From Methanobacteriota archaeon (GTDB taxonomy: Archaea > JAADCQ01 > Methanopyri > Methanopyrales > Methanopyraceae): 64,000 nucleotides of DNA. The notes under the pieces were generated by a model. It was not told the origin of the DNA and did not search any database. It saw only the letters and a program-made list of their open reading frames with translations. The stretch spans positions 96,001-160,000 of the forward strand of contig JAMOPO010000015.1 in assembly GCA_027064425.1 (NCBI GenBank), in the 5' to 3' direction. The position numbers were made by a program, and so were the translations under genes. Below, piece after piece: positions 1-10,674 of the stretch (position 1 is its first letter; each line of letters begins with the position of its first letter).

Positions 1-278
1 GTCTTCAGCGAGTCGTTGTACATTCTGACCACGGGCGCCGTCATCTCGGGTCGGAGGGCCAGCCGGCGGCCCTTCTTGTCCTCGAACACGTACATCTCCT
101 CGAGGATCTCCTCGCCGGACTTTTCCTCGAAGAGTCGGGCGTGCTCGAAGGTGGGGGTGAGGACCTCCTCGTACCCGTACGACTGGAACCGCTCCCGTAG
201 GAACTCCTCCAGCCACCGCCGGGCTCGCATCTCCTCGGGCTCGAAGTCCCGGGTGCCCTTAGGCCTCGCTATCCGCAC
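1..278 (-). CDS. hisS: Histidyl-tRNA synthetase, N-terminal part (runs off window start)
   Basis: Manual translation: RPKGTRDF...[13 protein letters not shown]...[25 protein letters not shown]; GTG start after GGGGTGA. Confidence 0.92.
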   Translation of the reverse strand, partial: MRIARPKGTRDFEPEEMRARRWLEEFLRERFQSYGYEEVLTPTFEHARLFEEKSGEEILEEMYVFEDKKGRRLALRPEMTAPVVRMYNDSLK

Positions 279-1638
279 GGGCCTCACCCCACCCCTTCCG
301 GCCCATCATCGCGATGAAGAACCCGCACGTGTCGTGCCGGTGGGGGAAGAGTCGGCAGGCCTCCGGCATGTCGAAGCCCGGGTCGCCGACCTGCACGTCG
401 ATGAGCTCGAAGTCCGGGTTGCGCTCCAGGAACTTTCGAACCACTTCCTCGTTCTCCTCCGGGAACATCGAGCACGTCGAGTAGACGATCCTGCCGCCGG
501 GCTTGACGAGCCTTGCTCCCGCCTCCAGCAGCTCCAGCTGGAACTTGGGCAGCCGCTCCACCTCATCCTTCGTGATCCTCCACCGCCGCTCCGGATTCTT
601 CCGGATCGTTCCGTCGGCGGAGCACGGCGGGTCCACGAGCACGGCGTCGGCGAAGCCCTCACCGAGCTCCTCCGGCGCCTCCCGGCCGTCCATCAGGTGC
701 GTCTCGATGCAGTCCAGAACGCCCAGCTTGCCCGCGATCTCGACCAGCCGGTCCATCCTCGTCTCGTCGATGTCGATGGCGATGATCTTGCCCTCGCAGC
801 CCATGAGCTGCGCCATGTGCGTGGTCTTGCCGCCGGGAGCCGCGCACAGGTCGACCACGACCTCGCCCGGCTTCGGGTTCAGGACGGCTGAGGCCAGCGC
901 GGCCGCCTCGTCCTGGACCACGAACAGGCCCTCGTCCCACTCGTCCATCACCGCGATCGGAAGGCCCTCCGGGATGCGTAGGATCTCCTCCAGGAACCGG
1001 CCGGGCTTGACCGTGACCTCGTACTTCCTCTCAAGGTGCTCCGCCAGCTCCTTCGGCTCGATCTTCAGGGTGTTCACGCGGATGCACAGGGGCGGCTCGG
1101 TGTTGTTGGCCTCGAGCAGCTGCAGGACCTCCTCCTCGTCCCCGAGCATCTCGAACCAGCGCTCGATGAGCCACCGCGGGTGGTAGTACTTCCACTTCAG
1201 CTCGTCCAGCTCGTCCTCCGGCTCCGGGAGCTCGTAATCCTCGAGGTCCAGGGTGAACGCCTTCACGATGGCCGCGGCGCCCGGATTGTCCAGCTCCCGG
1301 ACGAGATCGTGCAGGACCTCCGCGACCTCCTCCGGGTCCTTACCCTCGAACACGACCTCGTTGGCCGCGATTCGGCAGGCGTTGCGCACCCACCGATCCA
1401 GGTCCGCCACGTCGTCCGCCAGCTCCAACACGTCAGTAACGATCTCGTCCAACAGGCCGCGCTTTTGCATGATCGTGTACAGCATGCCCGCGGAGATGGA
1501 CCGGGCCTCGCGGGAGGGCTTGACCTCCTTCAGCACCAGCCGGCGGGCGTACTGCGTCGGCTTGATCTTCTCCGCTTTAACCATCGTTCTTAGGACGATT
1601 TCCACCGCTTCCTTGTAGGTCGCGTCGACCTCCGACAC
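259..1638 (-). CDS. RsmB/NOL1/NOP2/Sun-family RNA m5C methyltransferase with NusB-like N-terminus
   Basis: [19 protein letters not shown] and VYSTCS motifs. Confidence 0.93.
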   Translation of the reverse strand: MSEVDATYKEAVEIVLRTMVKAEKIKPTQYARRLVLKEVKPSREARSISAGMLYTIMQKRGLLDEIVTDVLELADDVADLDRWVRNACRIAANEVVFEGKDPEEVAEVLHDLVRELDNPGAAAIVKAFTLDLEDYELPEPEDELDELKWKYYHPRWLIERWFEMLGDEEEVLQLLEANNTEPPLCIRVNTLKIEPKELAEHLERKYEVTVKPGRFLEEILRIPEGLPIAVMDEWDEGLFVVQDEAAALASAVLNPKPGEVVVDLCAAPGGKTTHMAQLMGCEGKIIAIDIDETRMDRLVEIAGKLGVLDCIETHLMDGREAPEELGEGFADAVLVDPPCSADGTIRKNPERRWRITKDEVERLPKFQLELLEAGARLVKPGGRIVYSTCSMFPEENEEVVRKFLERNPDFELIDVQVGDPGFDMPEACRLFPHRHDTCGFFIAMMGRKGWGEARADSEA

Positions 1639-2548
1639 GTCCCACTGCTACCCCCTGCCACCGAAGGTTCTTCCCAAGCGTATCGTCTCTCTCCCGTATG
1701 TACCTCCGGAGCGTATTAAGAAGATGGTGGTAGTTGTCCAGGGGCAGCTCCCTGGGTGATCCCAGGATGCACCCCTTGAACATCCCATTGTGGGTTATTC
1801 TGATCCTGGAGCACGCCCTACACATCACCCCATCCTCGGGCTTTACGGTCTCGAGCATCACCCCGTTCTCGAGCTCGTAAACCCTCCTGTTTTGAAATCT
1901 CCTAACCCTCGTCAGCCTCGGCCCGAGGTCCGACAGGGCCTCCAGCGCCTCCTCCACGGTCGCGGGCCGCAGCTCGGCGCCCGCGCTCGGAGCCGCCATC
2001 GGCTCGATCAGCTGCAGCCGCACGTCCTCACCGGCCACCTCCTCCACGAGCTCACGGAGGCCGGCGAGCGTCTCCCGAAACAGCACCACGTTGACCTTCA
2101 CCGGGGTCAACCCAGCGGAGACCGCCGCCTCGATCCCTCGCACCACGCCGCGCGGGGAGAACCCGGATCGGGTAATCCGGCGGTACAGGCGGGGATCGAG
2201 CGTGTCCAGGCTGACGTTGACCCGGTCCAAGCCGGCCTCCCGCAGCTCCTCCGCCCGACAGCGCAGCAGTGACCCGTTCGTCACCAGGGACACGTCCCGG
2301 AAGTGGTCACGGACGCCCTCGATGATCCAGGGAAGGTCCTCGCGCAGCGTGGGCTCGCCGCCCGTGAGCTTGACCCGGCGGATCCCCAGGTCGGCGCAGG
2401 CCCGGAGGACGCGCACCCACTCCCGCCACGAGAGCTCTCGACCCGCGGGTTCCTCCCCCTCCCGGTGGCAGTAGACGCAGTCCATGTTACACCGAAGGGT
2501 CACCGTGGCGCGAACGCTGTCGACGCGCCGGCCGAGGGCGTCCCTCAC
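1577..2548 (-). CDS. moaA: GTP 3',8-cyclase (radical SAM, Mo/W cofactor biosynthesis)
   Basis: CNMDCVYC, TGGEP, C-terminal CRACSRIR...KGC. Confidence 0.9.
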   Translation of the reverse strand: MRDALGRRVDSVRATVTLRCNMDCVYCHREGEEPAGRELSWREWVRVLRACADLGIRRVKLTGGEPTLREDLPWIIEGVRDHFRDVSLVTNGSLLRCRAEELREAGLDRVNVSLDTLDPRLYRRITRSGFSPRGVVRGIEAAVSAGLTPVKVNVVLFRETLAGLRELVEEVAGEDVRLQLIEPMAAPSAGAELRPATVEEALEALSDLGPRLTRVRRFQNRRVYELENGVMLETVKPEDGVMCRACSRIRITHNGMFKGCILGSPRELPLDNYHHLLNTLRRYIRERDDTLGKNLRWQGVAVGRVGGRRDLQGSGGNRPKNDG

Positions 2549-2566
2549 CGAGGGTCCCCCGGGTGG

Positions 2567-3790
2567 TTAGGCGGGGAGGAGGGCGTAAATCCGGCAGTAG
2601 ATGACGCCGCCGATCTCCGGCTTACCCTTGAACCCCATCTCGATCAGTATCGGGTACGGCTTGTTGTTGTAAACGACGACGTCCTCCGTCGGGTGGAACC
2701 CGTACTCCATCGGGTGCTCCCCTCCACTGATCCCACGGGGCCACGGCAGCCCGGCCGCCAGACAGGCGTCCCTCAGCGCCCGCGCCGGCGGGCAGCAGCC
2801 GTGCGCCCCCTTCTCGTACCCCGGCACGGAGAACACGTCGAAGTACCGGCGCTTACCGTGCGTCCACGAGTGCGGCGGGACGATCACACCGTTCCAGCCC
2901 TGGCACATCCTGACGGCGTTCCGGAGCCGCATGTCGTCGTGCGACCCGACGCCCTCCATGGTCGTCTCAGCCTCGCCGATGAGCTTCTTGCGGTACTTGC
3001 CGATCCACACCACGACCGCGGAGTAGTCGGCCATCTCCACCATGCGGCGGTAGGCCCGCTCTCCGAAGACCTTCTTGACCTCCTGCTCCGTCATCGGTCG
3101 GCGACCGTCGTAGAACCTCAGCTCGGAGACCAGCACCGCGCGCTGACCGACGTCGGCCTCCCTCAGGTACTTCACCTTGTCCTCGCCGTACCTGCGCGCG
3201 ACCTCGTCGAGCGTCATCCTCTTGCCGTTGACCTCCACCTCGTTCGGCCCGACCTTGACCGCCACCACCTTCGGGACCTTTCGCCCCCACACCACCAGAC
3301 CCGGTCGCTTGACGTGCAGGTGACCGTCCTTGATCAGCACGACCCCGGGCCCGGTGTACTTGGCCACGATCCAGCCCTCGCTGATGCGATAGTCCCCGTG
3401 CACCCACCGCTCCGCGGGCGACGGGACGATGCCCAGGAACACCGCCGACAGGGCCGCCGGCGCCCCGTACTCACTGATGGCCCGGCCGGCGTAGCCCGGG
3501 TGCGCCCAGACGCTGTACCACGGGAGGGAGTACACGCTGGCGATCCGCTGCCCGCCCCAGACGGTCTCGCCGCTGCGGACTCGGTAGTGGGGCTTCCCTG
3601 ACGAGACCGCCAGGGCAACGTGTCCGGCGGCCTGGCCGAGCCCGATGACGATGGCCAGCAGGACCGGGATGGCCCGGGCGTACCCAACCTCCTTTACCCA
3701 GCCCGGTAGGTTCCTGATGCGGTCCCACGCCCACTGAAGGGGGTTGGGCTTCCTCCCTGGTCCACCACTCCTGCCGCTCTTCACGATCAT
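2567..3790 (-). CDS. Membrane-anchored protein with C-terminal VanW-like domain
   Basis: N-terminal TM helix; RLRNA...NGVIVPP, GCCPPARALRDACLAAGL and DVVVYNNKPYPILI resemble VanW motifs; ATG 3790 chosen because the longer ORF overlaps the tRNA. Confidence 0.6.
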   Translation of the reverse strand: MIVKSGRSGGPGRKPNPLQWAWDRIRNLPGWVKEVGYARAIPVLLAIVIGLGQAAGHVALAVSSGKPHYRVRSGETVWGGQRIASVYSLPWYSVWAHPGYAGRAISEYGAPAALSAVFLGIVPSPAERWVHGDYRISEGWIVAKYTGPGVVLIKDGHLHVKRPGLVVWGRKVPKVVAVKVGPNEVEVNGKRMTLDEVARRYGEDKVKYLREADVGQRAVLVSELRFYDGRRPMTEQEVKKVFGERAYRRMVEMADYSAVVVWIGKYRKKLIGEAETTMEGVGSHDDMRLRNAVRMCQGWNGVIVPPHSWTHGKRRYFDVFSVPGYEKGAHGCCPPARALRDACLAAGLPWPRGISGGEHPMEYGFHPTEDVVVYNNKPYPILIEMGFKGKPEIGGVIYCRIYALLPA

Positions 3791-3815
3791 CCCCCCCGGC
3801 GCCCCCCTCCGATAC

Positions 3816-3827
3816 ATTTTTATATAA
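3816..3827 (+). promoter_or_regulatory. TATA box for tRNA-Tyr (possibly bidirectional)
   Basis: ATTTTTATATAA ~27-38 nt upstream of the tRNA in a GC-rich background. Confidence 0.7.
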
Positions 3828-3853
3828 CTGCCGTGGTGCGGCGCCCGGGAGGC

Positions 3854-3931
3854 CCGGCCGCAGCTCAGTCTGGCTAGAGCGCGGGACTGTAGATCCCGTG
3901 GTCCCGGGTTCAAATCCCGGCGGCCGGACCA
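3854..3931 (+). tRNA. tRNA-Tyr(GTA), intronless, CCA encoded, C at position 8
   Basis: CCGGCCG/CGGCCGG acceptor stem (C1-G72, A73), anticodon loop CTGTAGA, GGTTCAAATCC T-loop, 3' ACCA. Confidence 0.97.
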
Positions 3932-4026
3932 CCGGAAATCGTTACGAGGGTCGTAACGTTAACCGGGTTCCCGGTTCGGTGAACTTTTATTCCCGGGTCG
4001 TGAGGTCAACCACCGGGGCCGCCGAC

Positions 4027-4719
4027 ATGAAGGTGACCTGGCTGGGCCACGCCGCCTTCGAGATCGAGCTGGACGGCGTCAACGTGCTGATCGACCCGTT
4101 CCTGAGCGGGAACCCGAAGGCGGCGAAGTCGCCCGAGGAGGTGGAGCCCGACCTGGTTCTGGTCACGCACGGGCACTCGGACCACCTCGGCGACGCCATC
4201 GACATCTGCAAGCGGACTGGGGCGACCCTGGTCGGGATCTACGAGGTGGCGGTCTACGCTCAGAATCAGGGCGTGGAGAACGTCGAGGAGATGAACATTG
4301 GCGGCACCATCGAGGTGGAGGGGCTCAAGATCACGCAGGTGCCCGCCTGGCACTCCTCCGAGATCGTGGAGGAGGACGAGATCGTGGCCGGCGGCACCCC
4401 GGTGGGGTACGTGGTCTCGGGTGACGAGGGCACCGTGTACCACGCGGGCGACACGGGCCTGTCCATGGACATGAAGCTGATCGGCGAGCTCTACGAGCCG
4501 GACGTGGCGCTGCTGCCCATCGGCAGCCGGTTCACGATGGGTCCGAAGGAGGCCGCGAAGGCCGTGGAGCTGATCGAGCCGGACGTGGCGATCCCGATGC
4601 ACTACGGCACGTTCCCGCCGATCGAGCAGGACCCGGAGGAGTTCAAGCGGGAGGTTGAGCGGCTGGACGTGGACACGGAGGTGGTGATACTGGAGCCCGG
4701 AGAGTCCTACGAGCTGTAA
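4027..4719 (+). CDS. Metallo-beta-lactamase-fold hydrolase (UPF0173-like)
   Basis: WLGHA, IDPF, THGHSDH, HAGDT, PMHY. Confidence 0.9.
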   Translation: MKVTWLGHAAFEIELDGVNVLIDPFLSGNPKAAKSPEEVEPDLVLVTHGHSDHLGDAIDICKRTGATLVGIYEVAVYAQNQGVENVEEMNIGGTIEVEGLKITQVPAWHSSEIVEEDEIVAGGTPVGYVVSGDEGTVYHAGDTGLSMDMKLIGELYEPDVALLPIGSRFTMGPKEAAKAVELIEPDVAIPMHYGTFPPIEQDPEEFKREVERLDVDTEVVILEPGESYEL

Positions 4720-4741
4720 GCGACCCGGGGTGGTCAAGGCA

Positions 4742-4802
4742 GCGGTGTGATGAGCACCTTTCCGGCTGAAAGCAGATGAAGAGCGCCGTCGGGCCTGACC
4801 GC
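4742..4802 (+). ncRNA. Box C/D guide sRNA
   Basis: GTGATGA (C), 12 nt guide, CTGA (D'), ATGAAGA (C'), 12 nt guide, CTGA (D); GCGG/CCGC terminal stem. Confidence 0.88.
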
Positions 4803-5531
4803 TCAGGGCTCCCGCTCCTTCTTTTCCCGAGCCTTCACTAATTCCAGGTTCACGTGGTCCAGGAACCGGACGGCGGCCAGTCCCGTCGCGCACGCCACCA
4901 GGACCACCCCGAGCAGGCCGGCGCCCAGCCTCGACGCCACGAAGGCTCCTCCCAGCCCCGCGAAGGTCATCGCGGCCACCGTCACCGCGGTGAGGGCGGG
5001 GAGCCGACCCGGCTCCTTCAGGCACTCGCGTATGAGCTCGAAGGAGCCGGTCCTCCACGGGAGCAGGTACCCCGTTAGGACGGAGACGGCCGCGATCCCG
5101 GCGTAAACGGCCGGGCTCAGCGGCCACCAGGCGGCCTCCGCCAGCGCCAGGGCCACCGAGCCCGCGGTCCACGCCAGGCACCGGCGCTCGAGGCGCGACC
5201 TGACGACCTCGGGGCGCTCGAAGCCCCCGACCGGCGTGACGCGCAGGAAGGCCCGTCCGGCCCACAGCAGCCTCTTCTCGCCCCCGGCGAGCTCGGCCAG
5301 GGTGTCGACGAGTCGGTCCTCCAGCCTCCGGGCCGCCTCCTCGTCGCCCTTAACCAGCACCCAGAGCTGGTCCACCCGCCGGACGACGCCCACGGAGCGG
5401 CGGTAGCCGAGCGCCCGGATCTCCTCCACGCCCTCCGGGGCCGCGTCCCGGAGCACCTCCTCGAGGTCCAGCTCGGCCCCTGTGAGCCGCTTCCAGACCT
5501 CTCTCGCCCTCGCGGAGAGGTCCACGCGCAT
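4803..5531 (-). CDS. Hypothetical membrane protein
   Basis: Soluble N-terminal half plus ~4 TM helices; ATG follows the hypE stop. Confidence 0.7.
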   Translation of the reverse strand: MRVDLSARAREVWKRLTGAELDLEEVLRDAAPEGVEEIRALGYRRSVGVVRRVDQLWVLVKGDEEAARRLEDRLVDTLAELAGGEKRLLWAGRAFLRVTPVGGFERPEVVRSRLERRCLAWTAGSVALALAEAAWWPLSPAVYAGIAAVSVLTGYLLPWRTGSFELIRECLKEPGRLPALTAVTVAAMTFAGLGGAFVASRLGAGLLGVVLVACATGLAAVRFLDHVNLELVKAREKKEREP

Positions 5532-5535
5532 CCCT

Positions 5536-6531
5536 TCAGCACACCCTCGGGACGGGGTCGCCCACCGGCTTCTCAACGATCCTGGTGCCACCGACCTCGG
5601 TCTCCATCTCGACCCGGGGCGGGCCCTCCTCCACCCGGCCGATGATCTCGGCGTCCTTCCCCACCCTCGTCGACCGGATGGCCTCGAGCACGTCCTCCGC
5701 GACCTCGCCCTTCACGCCGATCACGGCCTTGCCCTCGTTGGCCACGTGCAGCGGGTCCACCCCGAGCATCTCGGAGAGGACCTTCACCTCCTCCCGGATG
5801 GGCAGCCGCTCCTCCTCGATGACGATCCTGACCCCCGACTTCTCCGCCATCTCGTTCAGCGCGCCCGCCAGCCCGCCGCGGGTCGGGTCCTTCATCGCGG
5901 TGACGCCGCCCACCTCGAGCGCCGCCTCGACGGCCTCCCAGACCGGGGCCACGTCGGACTTCAGGTCCGTCTCCAGCCCCTGCTGGGCCGCGAGGATCGC
6001 CATACCGTGGTCGCCGATCGTGCCCGTGACCAGGATGGCGTCGCCGGGCTGCAGCCCGGAGTCGCGGACGAGTCGGACCACCTCGCCGACGCCGGTCATG
6101 GTCACGATGACGTCCACCTCGCCCGTGTTGCCCACCTTCGTGTCGCCCGTGATCAGGTGGGCGTCCACCTCCTCGAGCACCTCGTTGATCGACCGGTAGA
6201 TGCGCTTCAGGTCCTCGATCGGGAACCCCTCCTTCACGACGATGGAGCAGGCGAATGCGACGGGCCGCGCGCCCATCACGGCCAGGTCGTTGGCCGTGCC
6301 GGCCGCCGCGAGTCGGCCGATGTCCCCGCCGGGGAAGAACGGCGGGTCCACGATGTGCGCGTCGGTGGTGAGCACCATCTCGCCCTCGCTGGCCGGGAAC
6401 GTGGCCCCGTCGTCCAGGTCCTCCAGCGTGACCGAGCCCTCACCGGACCTGGAGATCAGCGGGAGGAGCTCCCCGAGCAGCTCCTCCATCATCTCGCCGC
6501 CCGCGCCGTGCTCGCGGCGCACCTCGGACAC
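5536..6531 (-). CDS. hypE: Hydrogenase maturation protein HypE
   Basis: [23 protein letters not shown]-terminal PRVC. Confidence 0.96.
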   Translation of the reverse strand: MSEVRREHGAGGEMMEELLGELLPLISRSGEGSVTLEDLDDGATFPASEGEMVLTTDAHIVDPPFFPGGDIGRLAAAGTANDLAVMGARPVAFACSIVVKEGFPIEDLKRIYRSINEVLEEVDAHLITGDTKVGNTGEVDVIVTMTGVGEVVRLVRDSGLQPGDAILVTGTIGDHGMAILAAQQGLETDLKSDVAPVWEAVEAALEVGGVTAMKDPTRGGLAGALNEMAEKSGVRIVIEEERLPIREEVKVLSEMLGVDPLHVANEGKAVIGVKGEVAEDVLEAIRSTRVGKDAEIIGRVEEGPPRVEMETEVGGTRIVEKPVGDPVPRVC

Positions 6532-6592
6532 GCGCCGTCCCCCCGGCAGCTTTTTTACCCGAGCTCACCCGCGGGCCCGGGGGTGTGGAGCG

Positions 6593-7024
6593 ATGGGTGT
6601 GTGGCACGGTAGGTCGCTGAGGAAGCCGACGGGAGGCAGGATCCGACCGCACAGGAAGAAGCGGAAGTACGAGATGGGCAACCCACCGACCGAGACGCTG
6701 GTCGGTGACAAGATGAAGATCAAGGAGCGCCGCGGTATGGGAGGGAACATCAAGCAGGGCCTGAAGTTCGCGTCGCACGCCAACGTCGCGGACCCCGAAA
6801 CGGGCGAGGTCAAGAACGTTCGGATCCTGGAGGTGGTCAAGAACCCCGCCTCGCAGTACTACGAGCGGCACGGCGTGATCACCAAGGGGGCGATCATCCG
6901 GACGGAGATCGGGCTGGCGAAGGTGACCAACCGGCCCGGCCAGGAGCCGGTGGTGAACGCGGTCCTGATCAAGAAGGAGGAAGAGGAGGAGTCCGAGTCC
7001 GAGGAGGAGTCAGAGGGTGAGTAG
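6593..7024 (+). CDS. rps8e: 30S ribosomal protein S8e
   Basis: [15 protein letters not shown]...ITKGAII...VTNRPGQ..VNAV. Confidence 0.96.
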   Translation: MGVWHGRSLRKPTGGRIRPHRKKRKYEMGNPPTETLVGDKMKIKERRGMGGNIKQGLKFASHANVADPETGEVKNVRILEVVKNPASQYYERHGVITKGAIIRTEIGLAKVTNRPGQEPVVNAVLIKKEEEEESESEEESEGE

Positions 7025-7669
7025 GCGCCTCGACAGCTCGTCCATGCCCTCCCCCGTCTTCACGCTCGTCCGGTAAATCTCGATGTCCGGGTTGATCTCC
7101 CGCGCCGCCTCGACCATCTTCTCGACCGAGACTCCGCACGGCTCGGCCAGGTCGACCTTGTTGATGACCAGCACGTCACCCTCCCGGATGATCATCGGGT
7201 GCTTGCCGACCACGTCCTCACCCTCCGTGGCCGAGACGACGATGACCCGCTCGTGCGCCCCGACCGGGAAGTCCGCGGGGCAGACCAGGTTCCCCACGTT
7301 CTCGATGAACAGCACGTCGAGCTCGTCCAGATCGACCTCCTCCTCCAGGTGCTCCAGCCCGTGCTGCACCATGTGCGCGTCCAGGTGACACTCGCGTCCC
7401 GTGTTCAGCCCGACCACGGGCACGCCGAGGCGCTTGAACCGCCGCTCATCGTACTCGCTCACGACGTCCCCGGCGAGCACGGCGAAGGAGTACTCGTCCC
7501 CGTGCTCGCGGATGATCCACTCGATGATTGAGGTCTTCCCGGAGCCGATCGAGCCCAGGAGCTCGACGGCCCTAACCCCGTGATCCTCCAGGTGCTGCCT
7601 CACCTCCTTCGCCAGGTTCTCGTTAACCTTCAGCAGGTCCTCGGAAACGTCGACCTCCACTTTATGCAT
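7010..7669 (-). CDS. hypB: Hydrogenase nickel-insertion GTPase HypB
   Basis: [25 protein letters not shown]. Confidence 0.96.
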   Translation of the reverse strand: MHKVEVDVSEDLLKVNENLAKEVRQHLEDHGVRAVELLGSIGSGKTSIIEWIIREHGDEYSFAVLAGDVVSEYDERRFKRLGVPVVGLNTGRECHLDAHMVQHGLEHLEEEVDLDELDVLFIENVGNLVCPADFPVGAHERVIVVSATEGEDVVGKHPMIIREGDVLVINKVDLAEPCGVSVEKMVEAAREINPDIEIYRTSVKTGEGMDELSRRLLTL

Positions 7670-7674
7670 GAGAA

Positions 7675-8094
7675 TCACCCAAGCTCCAGCCTGATCGAGC
7701 GGACTTCGCACGAGTCACCGTCCCGGATCTCTACCGACTTGGACCCGCACTTCGGGCACTTTAAGTCGAGGAGCGAGGGAAGCTCGTCCGAGCCGAACGC
7801 GGCGTGGAGCGCTGGATCCTGAAGATCCTTTAAAGATTCCTCTTCGTCCGTCCGCCACTCCGCTCCGCACTCCCGGCACCGCAACCGCCCGCGCTCCAGC
7901 TCGATCTCGAACTCGGCCCCCTCGGCCGGGGTCCCCTCCGCCAGCGCCTCCAGGCAGAACCGGAGCTGCTCCGGGTTCACAAGGGTGAACTCGCCGACCC
8001 GGATCTCGACCTTGAGAACTCGCTCCGCCCCGCGGTCCTCCGCGATCTCTAAAACCGTGTCCAGGATCGACTGGGCGAGGCTCAGCTCGTGCAA
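7675..8094 (-). CDS. hypA: Hydrogenase nickel metallochaperone HypA
   Basis: TTG-start (M)HELSLA, two CxxC pairs. Confidence 0.93.
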   Translation of the reverse strand: MHELSLAQSILDTVLEIAEDRGAERVLKVEIRVGEFTLVNPEQLRFCLEALAEGTPAEGAEFEIELERGRLRCRECGAEWRTDEEESLKDLQDPALHAAFGSDELPSLLDLKCPKCGSKSVEIRDGDSCEVRSIRLELG

Positions 8095-8119
8095 ACCCGG
8101 CCCTAGGGGTCTCACGTCG

Positions 8120-8866
8120 TTGCCCGGTAAACTCGTTTTGGTCGGGGCCGGCCCGGGCGACCCCGAGCTGCTCACCGTCCGCGCCGCCCGAGCCCTCTCC
8201 GAGGCGGACGTGGTGCTCAAGGACCGGCTGGTTCCCGACGCCGTGGTGGAGCGGTACGTGCCCGAGGACGCCAAGGTGGTGGACGTGGGCAAGCGGCCCG
8301 GGGGTCGCGGGTGGACGCAGGAGGAGATCAACGAGCTGATCGTGCGCGAGGGGAAGCGCGGGAAGACCGTGGTCCGGCTGAAAAGCGGCGACCCGCTGAT
8401 CTTCGGTCGTGGGGCGGAGGAGCTCGAGGTGGCCCTTGAGCACGGCCTGGAGGTCGAGGTCGTTCCCGGCGTCACCTCCGCCACCGGCGTGCCCTCAGCC
8501 CTCGGTCTACCCCTCACCCACCGTCGCTACGCCTCCAGCTTCGTCGTGGCGACCGGGCACGAGGACCCGAGCAAGGAGGAGCCGCGGGTCGACTTCGAGG
8601 AGCTCGCCCGGGCGGCCGACACGCTCGTCGTCCTCATGGGCGCGCGGCGGCTCCGGGAGATCGCCCGGGACGTGCGGCGAGCGATCGGGGACGCGCCGAT
8701 GGCGATCATCGAGCGCGGGACGACGGAGGAGGAGCGGGTCAGGGTCTGCCGGCTGTCCGACGCCGAGGAGGGCCGGGTCCGGGCGGAGCCGCCCGCCGTC
8801 ATCGTGATCGGAGAGGTGGTGAAATGGTGGAGCGAGGTGGTGGGTAACGGGAAGGTTGAGGGCTAA
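8120..8866 (+). CDS. cobA: Uroporphyrinogen-III C-methyltransferase
   Basis: LVGAGPGDPELLT, RLKSGDPLIFGRG, VPGVTS. Confidence 0.93.
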   Translation: MPGKLVLVGAGPGDPELLTVRAARALSEADVVLKDRLVPDAVVERYVPEDAKVVDVGKRPGGRGWTQEEINELIVREGKRGKTVVRLKSGDPLIFGRGAEELEVALEHGLEVEVVPGVTSATGVPSALGLPLTHRRYASSFVVATGHEDPSKEEPRVDFEELARAADTLVVLMGARRLREIARDVRRAIGDAPMAIIERGTTEEERVRVCRLSDAEEGRVRAEPPAVIVIGEVVKWWSEVVGNGKVEG

Positions 8867-10001
8867 GGTCCGCGCCCTCCGGTACGTCTGGAGCTTCCTG
8901 AAGGAGGCCGCGGACGTCCCCACGGTCAAGTACGCGGTCCTGTACGTCGCCTCCCTTCTGATCCTCGGCACGCTGGGGTTCTGGTGGCTCGAGGATCGCC
9001 CGCCCGTCGACGCCTTCTACACGACCGTCCTGATCCTCACCGGGGTGGGCTGCGCGAGCCCGCCCCAGACCCCGGCCGGGAAGGTCTTCACGATCGGGCT
9101 CCTGGCGGTGGGCCTCGGCGCGCTTATCCACATCATCTCCCGCGTCTTCGGCGCCCTGATGCGGGGCGACGTGCTGTTGCGGATTAAGGAGAGCGACGCG
9201 ATGGCCCGGATCGAGCGGCTGCGAGACCACGTGATCGTCTGCGGGTTCGGGCACGAGGGGCGCGAGATCGCGGAGAACCTGCGGGAGCACGGGTTCGACG
9301 TGGTGGTCATCGACAAGGACCCGGAGAAGTGCGACGAGGCCTTCCGGAAGGGCTACCTGGCCGTGCAGGGCGACGTGACGTCGGAGAGGACGCTGAAGAA
9401 GGCCGGCGTGGAGCGCTCGCAGGCCGTCGCGCTCGTCACCGGGTCGGACGAAACGAACGTGTTCGCCTGCGTCCTGGTCCGGGACCTCAACCCGGACGTG
9501 TGGATCGTCGCCGCGGCCAAGTCCCGGACGGGCGTCCGGACGCTCAAGAGAGCGGGCGCGGACGAGGTGGTTAACATCTACGAGGCGGCCGGGACGACGA
9601 TCGCGGACCGGCTCATCGAGCCCCTCTCGTTCACCGTCACCGTGCGGCACTCGCTGGAGGAGACGCGGGAGGAGATGCTCCGGATCGTCCGCAACGGCGG
9701 CATCGTCGTCGACGTCCGGTACCACATCCCCTCACTACCGGAGCCCCTGAAGAAGGAGCTCTGGATCGAGAGCGAGGAGGACGTGGAGTCCCGGCACGAG
9801 CTGCACCGGGAGACGCGCACCCGCAGGGCCCTGGAGCGCCTCCACGAGATGTCCAAGGACGTGCACTCTCACAAGATCGTCGTCCGGCGCGAGGAGGACC
9901 GGGAGAAGATCATCGAGGCCCTGGAGAGCATGGGCTGCCTGATCGGCGTCGACATGACCCACGAGGAGGTGCTCAAGGAGGTCTTCGGGACCGAGATCTA
10001 G
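8856..10001 (+). CDS. MthK/Kch-like two-TM channel with RCK (TrkA-N) domain and atypical filter
   Basis: TM-pore helix (DAFY)-TM, then HVIVCGFGHEG Rossmann fold; filter reads TGVGCA. Confidence 0.85.
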   Translation: MRAKVRALRYVWSFLKEAADVPTVKYAVLYVASLLILGTLGFWWLEDRPPVDAFYTTVLILTGVGCASPPQTPAGKVFTIGLLAVGLGALIHIISRVFGALMRGDVLLRIKESDAMARIERLRDHVIVCGFGHEGREIAENLREHGFDVVVIDKDPEKCDEAFRKGYLAVQGDVTSERTLKKAGVERSQAVALVTGSDETNVFACVLVRDLNPDVWIVAAAKSRTGVRTLKRAGADEVVNIYEAAGTTIADRLIEPLSFTVTVRHSLEETREEMLRIVRNGGIVVDVRYHIPSLPEPLKKELWIESEEDVESRHELHRETRTRRALERLHEMSKDVHSHKIVVRREEDREKIIEALESMGCLIGVDMTHEEVLKEVFGTEI

Positions 10002-10674
10002 CCACCCTGACCGCCGCCTCAACCACCCCGCGCAGCGAGGGCTCCGGCGCCTCGATCACCTCCAGACCCGCCCGCTCGAGCTCGCGCGAGGTCACCGGCC
10101 CGATGCTGACCACCGGCTCCGGTAGCTCGGTCCCCACGCGCTCGAGGAAGCACCGCGCGGTTACGGCACTAAAGAAGCAGACCACGTCGAACCTGGACGG
10201 GTCCACGCGCACCCGGCGCGGCTTCAGGTCGTAGACCTCGACCTCGTCCACCTCGACCCCCGCCCGCGCCAGCCTCGTCCTGAGCTCATCCGTGCGCCGC
10301 CGGGACCGCAGCGCGAGTACCCTGGAGTAGCCTCGCAGGGCCTCGGCCAGCGACCCCGTCGTGAACCGGTCCGGCAGCACGTCCACGGCCAGCCCGTGCT
10401 CCTCGAGCGCCCGCCGCGTCCGCGGGCCGACCGCGGCGATATCGAGGTCCGCCCTCCGGAGGTTCTCCAGCTCGTCCTCCGCCAGGAACTCGACCGTCCT
10501 GGGGCTGGTGAACGCGACGACGTCGTACCCTCGGAGCCGCTCGACGGTGAGCCGGGGTCGGGGGAGCGGGACCAGCCGGACGGGGTGGACGACCACCGCC
10601 TCCAGCCCGGCCCGGGCGAACGCGCGACGCGTCTCCCGGTCCAGTCCCGGGGCGCGAACGGCGAGGGCTCTCAA
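9973..10674 (-). CDS. hemD: Uroporphyrinogen-III synthase
   Basis: FTSP, AVGPRT, EVY, SIGPVT motifs; near cobA. Confidence 0.88.
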   Translation of the reverse strand: MRALAVRAPGLDRETRRAFARAGLEAVVVHPVRLVPLPRPRLTVERLRGYDVVAFTSPRTVEFLAEDELENLRRADLDIAAVGPRTRRALEEHGLAVDVLPDRFTTGSLAEALRGYSRVLALRSRRRTDELRTRLARAGVEVDEVEVYDLKPRRVRVDPSRFDVVCFFSAVTARCFLERVGTELPEPVVSIGPVTSRELERAGLEVIEAPEPSLRGVVEAAVRVARSRSRRPP

